From Octopus sinensis (lineage: Eukaryota): DNA of 64,000 nucleotides. A program made the position numbers and the translations under genes. Every line of letters starts with the position of its first letter. Position 1 is the first letter of the stretch. Of this stretch, positions 1 to 12,351 are shown piece by piece. The stretch covers positions 48,918,001 to 48,982,000 of the forward strand of contig NC_042997.1 of assembly GCF_006345805.1 (NCBI RefSeq), in the 5' to 3' direction. The notes under the pieces were generated by a model. It was not told where the DNA came from and searched no databases. It saw only the letters and a program-made list of their open reading frames with translations.

Positions 1-2
1 GT

Positions 3-323
3 GAAAGAAAGAAAGTTGTAAATATAGTCGAGCTAACGGTTCCTCATGAAGATAATATGGACGCCGCTCGGGCTCGAAAATTGAACAGTTATGAAAACCT
101 CCTCGAGAAATGTGAAGACGCAGGCTGGAAAGCGGAACATTTTCCTATCGAAGTCGGTTGTAGAGGGTTTGTTGGACACAGCGTGAGACGACTGTTGTTA
201 TCGCTAGGCCTAACTCATCGTAAAGTCAATACCACCATGACTGATATCCAATCTACAGTGGAGAAGGCTAGCCACTGGATTTGGTTAAAAAGAGACGATG
301 AGCGATGGCTAGAAGAATATTGA
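3..323 (+). CDS. Partial ORF: restriction-like endonuclease C-terminus of the HERO-like element
   Basis: Uninterrupted frame 3..323 ending in TGA; ELTVP and EVGCRGF motifs. Confidence 0.8.
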   Translation, partial: ERKKVVNIVELTVPHEDNMDAARARKLNSYENLLEKCEDAGWKAEHFPIEVGCRGFVGHSVRRLLLSLGLTHRKVNTTMTDIQSTVEKASHWIWLKRDDERWLEEY

Positions 324-343
324 TTTCTCCATAACCAGCTGAT

Positions 344-455
344 CTAGCAAGCGGGGCCTCATATCAGTGAGGGGGGCCGGTGCGCATTGATGCCGTCGAG
401 AGGTAGGCCCCGAAACGGCGCGCATTCTCTCCTGATGACCCCATACACTTGCTAG
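344..455 (+). ncRNA. Structured 3' UTR with permuted hammerhead-like core (putative)
   Basis: Pairings: 344-351/448-455, 353-356/439-442, 357-361/368-372, 373-378/406-411, 381-385/420-424, 392-396/415-419, 398-403/426-431. GUC at 395-397, GAAA at 412-415, CTGATGA at 432-438. Confidence 0.45.
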
Positions 456-961
456 CTTCCGGTATACGGAGCTTTTAACTGGTAGCACTTGCATGTGTAA
501 GTTGTTTGCAAGACATCTAATTATACCTAATTAAGTAATATAACTTTCTCGGCACATTCCTGTCTGGTAACCAATCACTGATATCTGTGTGTATATGTGG
601 GTGTGCTTTGTATATATATATATATATATATATATATGTGAGTGTGTGTATGTGTGTGTGTGCGTGTGTGCATGTGCTTATCTGTGTGTGTTTATATACG
701 TATACATATAGACGTGCATATATAACTTTATTTCCCTGCATTTGACTCCATGTCTCCATATCTGACAGTTCTATATTCGTCTCAGCTCATTCCTGTTGCT
801 TATCGCAGAACGAAATTCCTACACAACAACAATTTACATTTTTCATTGCTCCTTCTACACATCTCACTTCTTAAACAACGGCTTTCTTTTTTTCCATTTA
901 TACGGCATTTTATTTTACTTCCTCATATATCTGTGTTGTGTGAGAGCATTTATATATATAT

Positions 962-1008
<47 letters not shown>

Positions 1009-1530
1009 ACTATATGCACATATATATATATAATTTTTTGTTTCATTACTTTATCTTACAATTTTTTTATTGCTATTCATTTCTTATGAAGAGAATTCAT
1101 CATTATTATATTCAGTTTTTTTTTTGTATTCTTTTATTCGTCCTCTTTTTTTCTTCTTTTCACCGTTTCCAGTTAACATTTTAATCAAATTTGAATTTAT
1201 CCTAAACTCACGTTGCTTTCAATTTGAGCAATAAAACTGAAAGCAGAAAAGAAAAGCAAAAGGAATAAAAAAAGTATTAATGATGGTTATCCTCAGGTTA
1301 TTTTGTTTTGTTTTCTTATCCTGCTTCATTTTTTGTTTTGTTTTTATTTCTTTTTTTTAACTTAAGATGGATAAAGCATCATCTCTTTTTCGCCAGAAAA
1401 ACACATAAATTATGTTAAATATGCGTCTAAAATGTACGATTTATGTCTTGAAACTTATATACCTCTCTTGCTGTATGAATGCGCATGTAGGCTTGTGTTT
1501 ATTTATTTTCTTTGTTTGTACAAAGATGCA

Positions 1531-1538
1531 TATAGATT

Positions 1539-1582
<44 letters not shown>

Positions 1583-1618
1583 TATTAGATAGATAGATAG
1601 ATAGATAGACGGACAGAT

Positions 1619-1664
<46 letters not shown>

Positions 1665-1667
1665 TAT

Positions 1668-1743
<76 letters not shown>

Positions 1744-1768
1744 CAAACAGACAGACAGACAGGCAGAT

Positions 1769-1848
<80 letters not shown>

Positions 1849-1873
1849 CAAACAGACAGACAGACAGGCAGAT

Positions 1874-1957
<84 letters not shown>

Positions 1958-2007
1958 CAGGCAGATTAGATAGATATATAGATAGATTGACAGATAGATA
2001 GACAGAT

Positions 2008-2079
<72 letters not shown>

Positions 2080-2125
2080 CAGATAGATAGACAGATTAGA
2101 TAGATAGATAGACTAGATAGATAGC

Positions 2126-2156
<31 letters not shown>

Positions 2157-2161
2157 CAGAT

Positions 2162-2200
<39 letters not shown>

Positions 2201-2206
2201 GCAGAT

Positions 2207-2256
<50 letters not shown>
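1531..2256. repeat. Compound (GATA)n/(GACA)n microsatellite array
   Basis: Directly visible tetranucleotide array with recurring interruptions. Confidence 0.98.
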
Positions 2257-2354
2257 TGCGTGCGTGTGAGTGTGAATGTACATAGAAAGATAGAGAGAAA
2301 TTGACGGATAAATACAGATACATAGAGACACTCATTCACATTCACACACACACA

Positions 2355-2391
<37 letters not shown>

Positions 2392-3351
2392 CAAACTTAC
2401 ACACAGACACCTATGCACACATGTATATATGTTGTATATATGTGTGTGTGTGTGTGTGTATTCATGTGTACGTGCACGCGTACGAAACTTAAACATTCAC
2501 TTCCCTTTCAGGCATTCCAGTATATCGATAATTAAGTACACATTTGAAATGCCTGATGACTTCACAGATCTCGATTTTCATTGAATTTTGTAAACAACAC
2601 CTTGCATACGTGCAAGTAGTAGTAGTAGTAGTAGTAGTAGTAGAATTTTTTTTTACTTTCCTTGAAATTATGAGCAAATTGGTGAATCAAGGTTGAAACT
2701 AAATGCTTGCAGCTATAGTTGAAACACCACTGATTATCTGTTGCACACTTCCAAATAAAGGGCAAAGATTTAGGGCAACGATTTTTCTGTTTTCGAGGCG
2801 AGAAATTAATCATAATCGTTCAAGCATCGGACACAATGGCTGACGCTATTTTCTCTGGCTTTCCTCGTTCTGAGTTCTCATTCCGCCGCGGTCAGCTTTG
2901 CCTCTTACGTTTTCAGCATCAATAAGTAAAACTTCAGTCTAGGATGATTGACTAGCAAAACCATTAGAGAGTGTGATGCGATGTGTTGCCGTTTTAATTC
3001 TGGTTCTTTACATCCTGAGTTCAAATCCCGCCAAACCTATTTGGGTAGAAGACTTAATTTGTTATTCCTTAAATGATGCTTAAATGCCTTTAGCGAAGTT
3101 CTCTCTATTGCTAACACTCAGGCCAGGTCATCGGTTTCAGGATAACTCCCAAGCCTCACCAATCTCGGAGGCCCTGTAAAAGTCTGCCCTTTCCTCCTGA
3201 CAAAACAATGATAACGAACTTCAAATTAGAAAACTCTTTTGCAGATCTCTTGTTAAATGTCAATAAAAATTATATTTCAGTATCCTGTGAATTCTACCAC
3301 TCCCCTCTTCAGTTATTGTAATAGGAATAAGAAGAAACAATATGTATTATA

Positions 3352-3730
3352 GACATAGGTTTGGCTGTGTGGTAAGAAGCTTACTTCCCAAACACATTGT
3401 TCTTGGTTCAGTCCCACTGTGTGGCACCTTATGCCTTTTGCAATAGTATCGGGTCGAGAAACTCCTTGTGAGTTGATTTAGTAGTCCGAAACTGAAAGAC
3501 GCTTGTCGTGTATGTGTGCGTGTGTGCTTTTTTTTTTGTTTCTGTGGTTGTCCCCACCACCACTTTACAACTGGTGTTGGTACGTTTACGTCCGCGTAAC
3601 TCAGCGGTTCAGCAAAAGTGAGTGATAAAATAAGTACCAGGCTTAAACAAAATAAGTACTGGGATTGATTTGTGCAACTATAATTTCCCAAGGCGGTGCC
3701 CCTGCATGGCTTCAGCCTGAAAAATGTAAA
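3352..3730 (+). mobile_element. tRNA-derived SINE (CORE-like octopus family), diverged
   Basis: Head ggctgtgtggtaagaagctt...ggttcagtcccactg; internal (GT)n; tail aataagtac...gcatggc. Confidence 0.85.
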
Positions 3731-4651
3731 AGGCGCACAGAATACGTCAAAGCATTTTGTTGCGTTCCTTGGTTGATATCTCGCACCCAAGACTTCGGAC
3801 GTGTGATTCAGTTTCAGAAACATCATTCGTGCTTCAATATCCAGGCCTTTCCATTAATAATGCTGTAATTTATACACCACCAGGTCCGAGTGAAGGCGGG
3901 ATGAATCTGTTGGCAACCAAAAGTGGTACGAGTGCTTTTATGTTGTCTTACTGACACTGCATCTGTCTTCACACATCTTATCGTAGATACGATTTCGGAT
4001 TTTAAGGCTGAGAGTCGTTCGAGTGATAGCATCGGCGAAGAATTCATTCGCCTTTGTCATAGTTTACTGCGGTGCTTCTCAATTATTGATTGTTCTTGTG
4101 TGAAAAGTCTTTTCAAAATGTAGGTTCGCACAGTAGCAGATATTGTATTGTTTTCCTATTCACCCCTGATCCAACAAACCTATTATTAAAGACGTTCCAG
4201 TCATGATAGTAACTTTTAATAACCTAGGACACCATAACTCATATGTATTTTTGAAAGAGAGTAGGACGTAATTTGAAGAATATTTTTCCCAGTTCTATCA
4301 CGTGAAAGCCCCCTTGTCGTCAACTAGTTTCTATTAAAAATTCATGACGGCCCTGACAAGCCGAACATTGATCTCTGGTTATATTGCTAATGCTTTGACA
4401 TTCGCATATTCTATACTTCTATAAATAAGCACTTGTATTACGTGGCACCCACACTACCATGTCGTTGTTCTTCACCTGTTCCTTGGAATAAAATTATAAT
4501 GTCTACTAATTTATATCAGACCTCCTTTGACACATGGCTTATTTAAGACTAGAGTTATATCATTATATTCTGAAGTCATCTAGTCATCATGTTTAGTCGT
4601 AAATACTATTATCTTTTACTCTTCTGTCTGACATTATTATAAGAGTAGCAA

Positions 4652-5046
4652 GGCGGCGAGCTGGCAAAAACGTTAGCACACCGGGCGAAATGCGTAGCCG
4701 TATTTCGTCTGCCACTACGTTCTGAGTTCAAATTCCGCCGAGGTTGACTTTGCCTTTCATCCTTTCGGGGTCAATTAAATAAGTACAGTTACGCACTGGG
4801 GTCGATATAATCGACTTAATCCGTGTGTCTGTCCTTGTTTGTCCTCTCTGTGTTTAGCCCCTTGTGGGTAATAAAGAAATAGGTATTTCGTCTGCCGTTG
4901 CGTTCTGAGTTCAAATTCCGCCAAGGTGGACTTTCATTCTTTCGGGGTTGATAATATAAGTACCAGTTGAACACTGAGGTCGATGTAATCGACTCATCTC
5001 CACCTCCCCCAAGCTTCCCTTGTGGCAAAAATTTGAAATAATTATA
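4652..5046 (+). mobile_element. Dimeric tRNA-derived SINE (second family) with 13-bp TSD
   Basis: The core gttctgagttcaaattccgcc-gaggt-gactttgcctttcatcctttcggggtc occurs twice; TSD ataagagtagcaa at 4639-4651 and 5047-5059. Confidence 0.9.
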
Positions 5047-5059
5047 ATAAGAGTAGCAA

Positions 5060-5285
5060 AGTTGGCAAGCTTGCATATTTGTTATCACGCCAGACAAAAG
5101 GCTTGGCATTTGGTCAGTCTTTACTTTCTGAGTTCAAATTCTGACGAGGTCGATTTTACTTTTCATCTTTTCAGGGTCTGTAACTTAAGTGCCAGTCAAA
5201 CACATGGGTCAATGTAATAGACTAGTCCCCCCGCACAAGATTTCAGGCTTTTTGCCTATAGTAGAAACGATTATTATAAGAGATG
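5060..5285 (+). mobile_element. Older SINE of the same family, interrupted at its head by the 4652-5046 copy
   Basis: ttctgagttcaaattctgacgaggtcgattttacttttcatc core. Confidence 0.75.
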
Positions 5286-5795
5286 TAGTCCTCATTCGTT
5301 TGTTTTTTTGTTTTTTTTTTGTTATTTTTTGCTTGTTTTTACTTTTTGCTTGTTCGAATTTCATAATGAGATCGGAATACGCGGGCGTATGGTCCGTACA
5401 TACTCGTTCCGTTGTTTTCTTTCCTTTTGGATATTGGTACATTTAATGTTTTGTTACCTGTATTACTATGCTCACTCCTGTCACTGATGTTGCAATTGAT
5501 GCAATCACGATCACTTGTTTTGAGTTCGAAATGAACGAAATTTTTGCTAGTATTACTATGGATTATGTTAATTTATACTTAGTGTACCTGTTAGTAATAA
5601 CTTCTACTTTAAGCACAGTGTCAGCAATTTTGAAGAAAATGGGTTAGTTGATTTCATCAATCCCAACACTTGACAAGTATCTTTGTTGACCCCCTCTAAA
5701 TGATAGAATGTGAACTTAACATCGGTGAAATTTGAGCTCAAATATAGATTTAATAAATTACAATGGGGGGAGCGTTAAGCAGTGATAAGTAAAAT

Positions 5796-6630
5796 TGTAA
5801 TGTTATTATCAGTTCGAATATGCTTGAGGCACGCTCGAACTGGGGAACAAGCTACTCAGTGTATTTTGTCATGGAAAGTATATGCTGTTTGTTGACAAAT
5901 GGTGTGTATGCATCTAGATCAGCTCACAGTACCACCTATTACACTGTGAGATGCTACCATTTCATAGTAGTGACCAAACGCAGTGAGTGCAATTTCACTT
6001 ATCACTGACTAGCAGTATCGCCCGGCGTTGCTCGGGTTTGTAAGGGGAAATAACTATATAAGCATTTTTAGAGAGTTTCTTCCCTTATATAACCCGAGCA
6101 AAAATCATTAAAAATTCGGAAAAATTATGGTAATTATTTTTTAAAATCGTAAACTCATCGTAGACGCGCGCTAATACCCAGATATGAATGACGACTATAA
6201 GATACCCGGTTTTGGTTAAACTGCAACGCAAAATGTGGGAGTAGTTAGGAATCTAAATCGGAGGAGACAGAGTCTCACACACACAACTTCAAATTTATAT
6301 ATAAAGATTTGCGCTCCCCCTCTGTAATTTACTAACGGTGAGCCGTCGCATAGCGCTGCCAGTCACCGTGTGTTGACTGAAAATGCATAAAAATGTCAAT
6401 CGCTTCAGTCAGCTCGTAGCGCCCTCTGGCTAGTGCCTATGACCAAATAGGAGATTACTCCGAAATGCTAGCATCTCATAATCTAGGTAGGTGGCACTGC
6501 GAGCTGATATAGGTGTATACACACCATTTGTAAGCAAAAGGAATATATTTTCCGTGACAAAACGCAATGAATAGCTTGTTCCCCAGTTCGAACGTGTTTC
6601 AAACATATTTGGACTGATAATAACATTGCA
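5796..6630. mobile_element. Non-autonomous DNA transposon (foldback/MITE) with ~185-bp terminal inverted repeats
   Basis: 5796-5980 is the reverse complement of ~6460-6630 (e.g. tcgaactggggaacaagcta / tagcttgttccccagttcga). No clear TSD. Confidence 0.85.
6009..6307 (-). mobile_element. Non-autonomous Helitron
   Basis: On the minus strand it begins A|TC and ends CTAG|T, with subterminal hairpin CCCGAGCAACGCCGGG, an AT target and no TSD. Confidence 0.9.
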
Positions 6631-7401
6631 GATGTTTTAAATGCCTACAGCCATTTCGTCCAACGCTTTAAAGATTCTGTTAGCTATCCTCCTTCGTGGA
6701 AGCAATTAATAATGGTTTCTCGTTCAGACATAAGACCAACAATTTTTGAGGGGAGGGTTTAGTTGATACCCATATATTGACCTCTATACTGACTGTTACT
6801 CATTTCAATGATATTGAAAGGATGAAAGGCAAGGTTTACCTCGGTGAGATTTGAACTCATAAATGTAAGAGTGCCGAAACAAATACTGCAAACCCTTATT
6901 CCGACGTTGTAATCATTCCGACAGCTCGCCGCCTATAATGTAGCAATTAATAATAATAATAATAATAATATAATAATAATAATAAAATAATAATAATAAT
7001 AGAAAAGATATGCATCCGTTTCCTTCTCCGAAGAAGGATGTTGGCTGTCTCTGTTTTATTTCTCCTCTCCCTCTTTCAATTTCTGAGCAATATAAATATC
7101 AGTCAACAAGACAATAAAACAACAAAATTCCCTATTTTAAATGGAGAGGATAAATACAAATAAAGCTCTCCTTCTCTGCCTTGATATAAGGATAAGTGAA
7201 TAACACAAAAATATGTTTGTGCAAACATATTCAAACAAAATGAGTTTAGAAAAATACTCAGAAGCGAACAAAGGGAAATTGATTAATGTATTGTGGGAAC
7301 ATAAGGAAAACAAAAGCCATATTTTGTATATATTTAATGAAGTAATAAAATGAATTTAGAAAGTAATTTGGAGAAAAGGAGTTTCGATAAGGGCAAATAA
7401 G

Positions 7402-8155
7402 GATGTTGCCCTTTTGAAGATAGTCAATAAACATAATACCTTTTGCATCCAAAAAATCCGAGACACTGACCTCCCCTAAGAATGAAATTTCCTTGACCTT
7501 CTTTGGAGCATGTGAGAGGGGTGCTTTCTCTGCATTGATTGTCTTTTTATTTCTGGTTCTAAGTGCTGAAGCCAACACTTATTCTGGCTTACAAAATGTT
7601 CAAGGAAACTTGCTGGATCTGCCTCAACCTGGTGCGCTTTTGATCAGGTGTCGGAAGACGTGGCACACACCGAGCAGAAACCTTCGTCATGCTAATTTCA
7701 TTATGTAGAATATTCTCAACCCTCTTACAGGATATGCTAATAGCATTGGCTATTTGATTTATAGTCAATCGTCAGTCATCCATCACCATATGGTGAACAC
7801 AATCAATATTTTCCTCGGAGTTGGTAATTTCCGGATGTCCAGACCTTAGGCCATCTTCTTAACTCTCCCTTCCCCTCCTAAATTCAGCTGCCCACTTTTG
7901 CACTGTTGATAAAGCTGTAGAGTCATTTCCCAATCTAGCAGCCATGTCAGCATGAATTTCCTTGGAGACTAAATCCATTTTCTGCAGGTACTTGATGCCA
8001 AATTTTGTCCATTTTCATGACAAGTCACTACTAGTAACTTTCGAAGTGTTCTTTGAGCAGTCAGATATCAGTTTAACTGGACTGAAATAATGCAGTCATT
8101 AATGCTAGACTTCATAGTCAGCCTATGAAATTTAAATTTTCAGCCCACACTCGTA
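7402..8155 (-). mobile_element. Mariner transposon relic (left TIR + N-terminal half of transposase)
   Basis: TIR TACGAGTGTGGGCTGAAAA. Decayed translation includes STVQKWAAEFRRGRES, KVSARCVPRL (WVPRL motif) and DAKGIMFIDYLQKG. Stops and deletions present. Confidence 0.9.
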
Positions 8156-8249
8156 TGACATGTACACATGCATGGATCGCATAGCATATAATGCTGAAAT
8201 TCTTGAATGCATTACTTATGTTGTCAGTACCTGTGATACCTTGTACTTC

Positions 8250-8790
8250 TAAACTGATAAGGTGTGTTCATTCATGTATTGTAAATCCAACTTTCTCATC
8301 ATTGGTAGGAAGGCAGATATAGCCACGTAGTCATGTGTTCCGAAGGTTACTTGTAAAATTCTAAACTTACATTCCGGATGCAGTGCCGACAGATTTTTCC
8401 TTAGATAAGCATAGATTTCCGTTTCCCTGATATTTAAAATTATAATGACATCTATTGGGCGCCTGATTTCAACTACTGTGCACAGTTTCTGTCAATTCCA
8501 GATCATGTGTTTGGTATGTTGTGCTTCCATTTTATTGAAGTCTTCACAGAGATGATTCATAACATATTTTCGAATTTTGTGTGGTTACGCCCTCCAATTC
8601 ATCTTTGTATATTGGTTTATTCAGGACTACCTTTTCTTTTCCATGGATTTCAAAATATAGTGTTCTAACCACAACAGCGCATCTTGTAGGTATATAATGC
8701 CATGAAGAGATTTTTCGGGAAGCTGCTGCTTATGATGTTGTTGACGTTCTCAGAGTTGCTTCTATCAAGTCCGCATGGGCTGTCTCATCT
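8250..8790 (-). mobile_element. R4/Dong-like non-LTR retrotransposon fragment (zinc knuckle + RLE)
   Basis: Decayed translation ENVNNIISS..PK, KLCTVVEIRRPIDV, EIYAYLRKNLSALHPECKF; homologous to 47569-48230. Confidence 0.7.
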
Positions 8791-8871
8791 AGGCAATGTA
8801 TGCGTATATATGTATAAATGTTTATACACACACACGCACACACACACATACACACACACACACACACACTC

Positions 8872-8906
<35 letters not shown>

Positions 8907-9146
8907 ATGTATGTATGTATGTATGTATTTATGCATGCATGTATGTATGTATATATATATAATTTCAAAATAAATACGTTCTCAAACCGGCAAAGGCTAC
9001 TGCAGTAAATTATTTTATGCAGTATTATTTCCGGTAATTTAGCGCGCCAAAGCGAAGACTTGAAAGATAACCACAAGTGTAATAGGTAGAACTGCATACA
9101 TATTCGACCTCGTGTTGATGTTCTGCAAATTATATTTGTATGGACG

Positions 9147-9222
9147 ATCATACTGAAGATCTACAGATAAATTGCGTAAGTAAAATTACGTAATTTGTTG
9201 ATAGTGAAACATTGTTTATGAT
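9147..9222 (+). ncRNA. Type I hammerhead ribozyme motif (PLE-type), long stem II, GUU triplet
   Basis: atcata CTGAAGA [stem II incl. aaattgcgtaa/ttacgtaattt] GAAAC att GT T tatgat; perfect 6-bp stem I. Confidence 0.65.
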
Positions 9223-9378
9223 TAATCTATATGTTTGTTATTTTTAATTTGTCTTGCTCGCTTACATTTCTGGTGTTTGCTAAATTTTCTAGAGAAAAAT
9301 TCTTAGTGGTAAGACCATAGCAGATCTTCTTCTAGCATAAGGGTTTCCACATAGTGGTAATTCCCGCTATATGTATAT

Positions 9379-9421
<43 letters not shown>

Positions 9422-11071
9422 TATATATATACATATATATGTATATCCATATCAATAAATACACATACACATATACATTTTTATATAATACATACATGCA
9501 TATACGTATATATATATATATATATATATATGTATTCACAAACTTCTCTCTTTCTTTCTTTCTCTCACTCGTTGATACTTCGGCGTGAAAACTGAGAAGT
9601 AATGCGTTTTTGTTTATATGTGTATGTGCACATGTGTGTGGTGGTGTGTCCCTGCATGTGTGTATGCAAGAAGTTAATATTGCGAATAAGTTCTGTACAT
9701 ACGAAACTGAAAGGACGGTTAGTTTATTTCAACATATTTGCTCCTTTCACTCATCGGTAAATGCTAAATTGTAACACTTCTTTCTCAATACTCAGTTTGC
9801 TATGTTAGTAATTTTTGAAGAAGCTGATAAGAAATTCGTCAGTGGAAACTAAGCCTCCCTTCAGCAGTTCAACCTCGTCCATTGCACCATCTCTTTTCCT
9901 ATAAACATCAGCATTAGAAAACTACCTGATATTTACTGTCCTAAAAAAAAGGTAACACAGCAATATTCGCTAGGAATCAGCTCTCCTTGCGACACATGCG
10001 ACAATAACCATTACACAGGTGAACGAACTGTATACGATCTGTGTACACAAGAGAGGTGAGCATTAGACGGCTTTTTAAATTTCATTATCTTTGGATATAT
10101 CTGACTAGTGGGCATGACAGTACTTGTAAATCTTATCCCGAATCAGAAGCATCTATCGACAGCGTTGCTAGATAAATATATTTTTATTCAATATACACGA
10201 AAATTAACTGAATGGATTGGTCAGTGAAAGAAAGGCAATGCATAAAACTAGTATTTGAAACTTCTCTGCAGATAAGAAGGAGAAATTGAAAAATAAAACA
10301 CGGATGATCTTCAGACAGAAAATATATTTAGATACCCTTGCAACAGAATGGACTTGGTTAAGAACTGTGAAAGAACATGATCATTTTAGGAGCAACATTG
10401 TAAAATTTCACTCAGAAGTCGGCACGAGGCTACAGCTAAAAATTAACTTATTTCTTCTATTTTTTGCTTTTGTAATTTGTCTTTTTTTTTTTCCTACATG
10501 ACATTTCTTTTCTTTGAATTTCTGAAATATTGCACTCCTAACAAAAAAATTAATAAGTTTTCATAATTTCTTAAATATTTAAATTTATGCACATTTTCAT
10601 TTTTCATTATTTGTAGTCTTTTGATAAAACAAAACTTGCTTGACATTTAACCAATTTAATTCACGGCTATGAACGATGCATTTAATTAAAAATTACTTCA
10701 TACGTTTATAGTTTCAAATTAAGCTGACCATTTATTATAAATTTTGAAGTTGGAGGTGACGATGAAATATAACTTTAAAGCTTTGGAGTTAATATAAAAG
10801 GAATTGATTTCTTTCTCTCATGCTACCATATTTAAGAATGTTACCAATATGTTCCCACAGGGAGAAAAATGGAGAAAGAGATTTGGCGATAGAGAGTCGT
10901 AAGAAAGAGAAAGATGCTGAAATAAAGAAATAAAGAAAGAGAATAAACTAGGACTTAAAGAAGAAAAATGAAGCAAATGAATAAATCACAGAAAGGAATT
11001 AAGAATAAGAATAGAGAATAATTAATTGAAAGAGTACAAGAAAATAGGTAGAAAGATAGTCCGTCATATAG

Positions 11072-11205
<134 letters not shown>

Positions 11206-11485
11206 GAGTAGGGATTGTTAGATAAATAGATGAATAGATAAATAGACAGAAAGAAAAAGAGGAGGAAGAGAGAGAAAGAGATAACGCAGATATTTTAGGC
11301 GCTTAATCTCAAGAGTTCTTCAAACACGTAATGACAAGTAACTGTTTGGTCGTGAGGTCGTTAGTGAAAATTTGCTTTTTTGAACCAGCGTGAAGGGCCA
11401 ATTGCTTTACGTACTCAGGCTAAACATTATTCACTAATGAAACACGTCTTGCTACAGCAGTGAAATATATCTTATCACTCTATTA

Positions 11486-11710
11486 AGGCAGCGAGCTGGC
11501 AGAAACGTTAGTACGCCCGGCGAAATGCTTAGCAGTATTTCGTCTGCCGTTCGTTCTGAGTTCAAATTCCGCCGAGGTCGACTTTGCCTTTCATCCTTTC
11601 GAGGTCGATAAATTAAGTACCAGTTACGCACTGGGGTAGATATAATCGACTTAATCCCTTTGTCTGTACTTGTTTGTCCTCTCTATGTTTAGCTCCTTGT
11701 GAGCAATATA
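11486..11710 (+). mobile_element. tRNA-derived SINE (second family)
   Basis: aggcagcgagctggcagaaacgttag...gttctgagttcaaattccgccgaggtcgactttgcc. Confidence 0.9.
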
Positions 11711-12030
11711 ATTAAAAAAAATATCTTTTCAGTCTATCTATTGATAGACGAGCCAATAATGGAACCTCTATGCATGCGATCGGCCCGCTAGAAATAACAG
11801 CCAATTGTCTTAAAAGGGCAGCACACATTGGTCAAGCAGTCCTATCATTACAGTTGAAATGCTTTCCATGAGATATTTTTTTCGGTCAGTACTAATTCGG
11901 AACTGAACAAAAGAAAGAATCTATTGAGAAGTAGTTACAGAGCGGAGGAGTTTATAAGGCAGAATCGTTGATTTTTGAGTCTTTTAAAGAAGCGTCCCAG
12001 TTATTTGCAACGCTCCTCTCAAGAAGTTAT

Positions 12031-12071
<41 letters not shown>

Positions 12072-12073
<2 letters not shown>

Positions 12074-12306
12074 CTTTTATCTTTTATTTGTTTCAGTCAT
12101 TTGACTGTGGCCATGCTGGAGCACCGCCTTTAATCGAGCAACTCGACCCCGGGACTTATTCTTTGTAAGCCCAGTACTTATTCTATCGGTCTCTTTTGCC
12201 GAACCGCTAAGTGACGAGGACATAAACACACCAGCATCGGTTGTCAAGCAATGCGAGGGGGAAAAACACAGACACACAAACATACACGCACACACACACA
12301 CATACA

Positions 12307-12351
<45 letters not shown>

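Larger units (their letters stand above)
1..527 (+). mobile_element. 3' end of a HERO-like non-LTR retrotransposon (RLE type) including its 3' UTR; continues upstream of the window
   Basis: The frame is open from base 3: ERKKVVNIVELTVPHEDNMDAARARK...FPIEVGCRGFV...ASHWIWLKR. This matches the HERO-clade RLE C-terminus (ELTVPWEEN, PVEVGCRGF, SHWLW motifs). A GC-rich structured UTR follows. The 3' boundary is approximate. Confidence 0.85.

Noticed and set aside
517-2492. Many YIYI/CVCV/LSIY/THTH ORFs here and throughout the window
   Set aside because: Translations of (TA)n, (TG)n, (GATA)n microsatellites
3730-4125. ORF-dense island after a SINE
   Set aside because: Short ORFs on both strands with no recognisable motif in the frames examined
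9905-9955. 15-nt minus-strand microexon-like site (ttttttttag|GACAGTAAATATCAG|gtagtt)
   Set aside because: Weak donor; such matches are expected by chance in 64 kb
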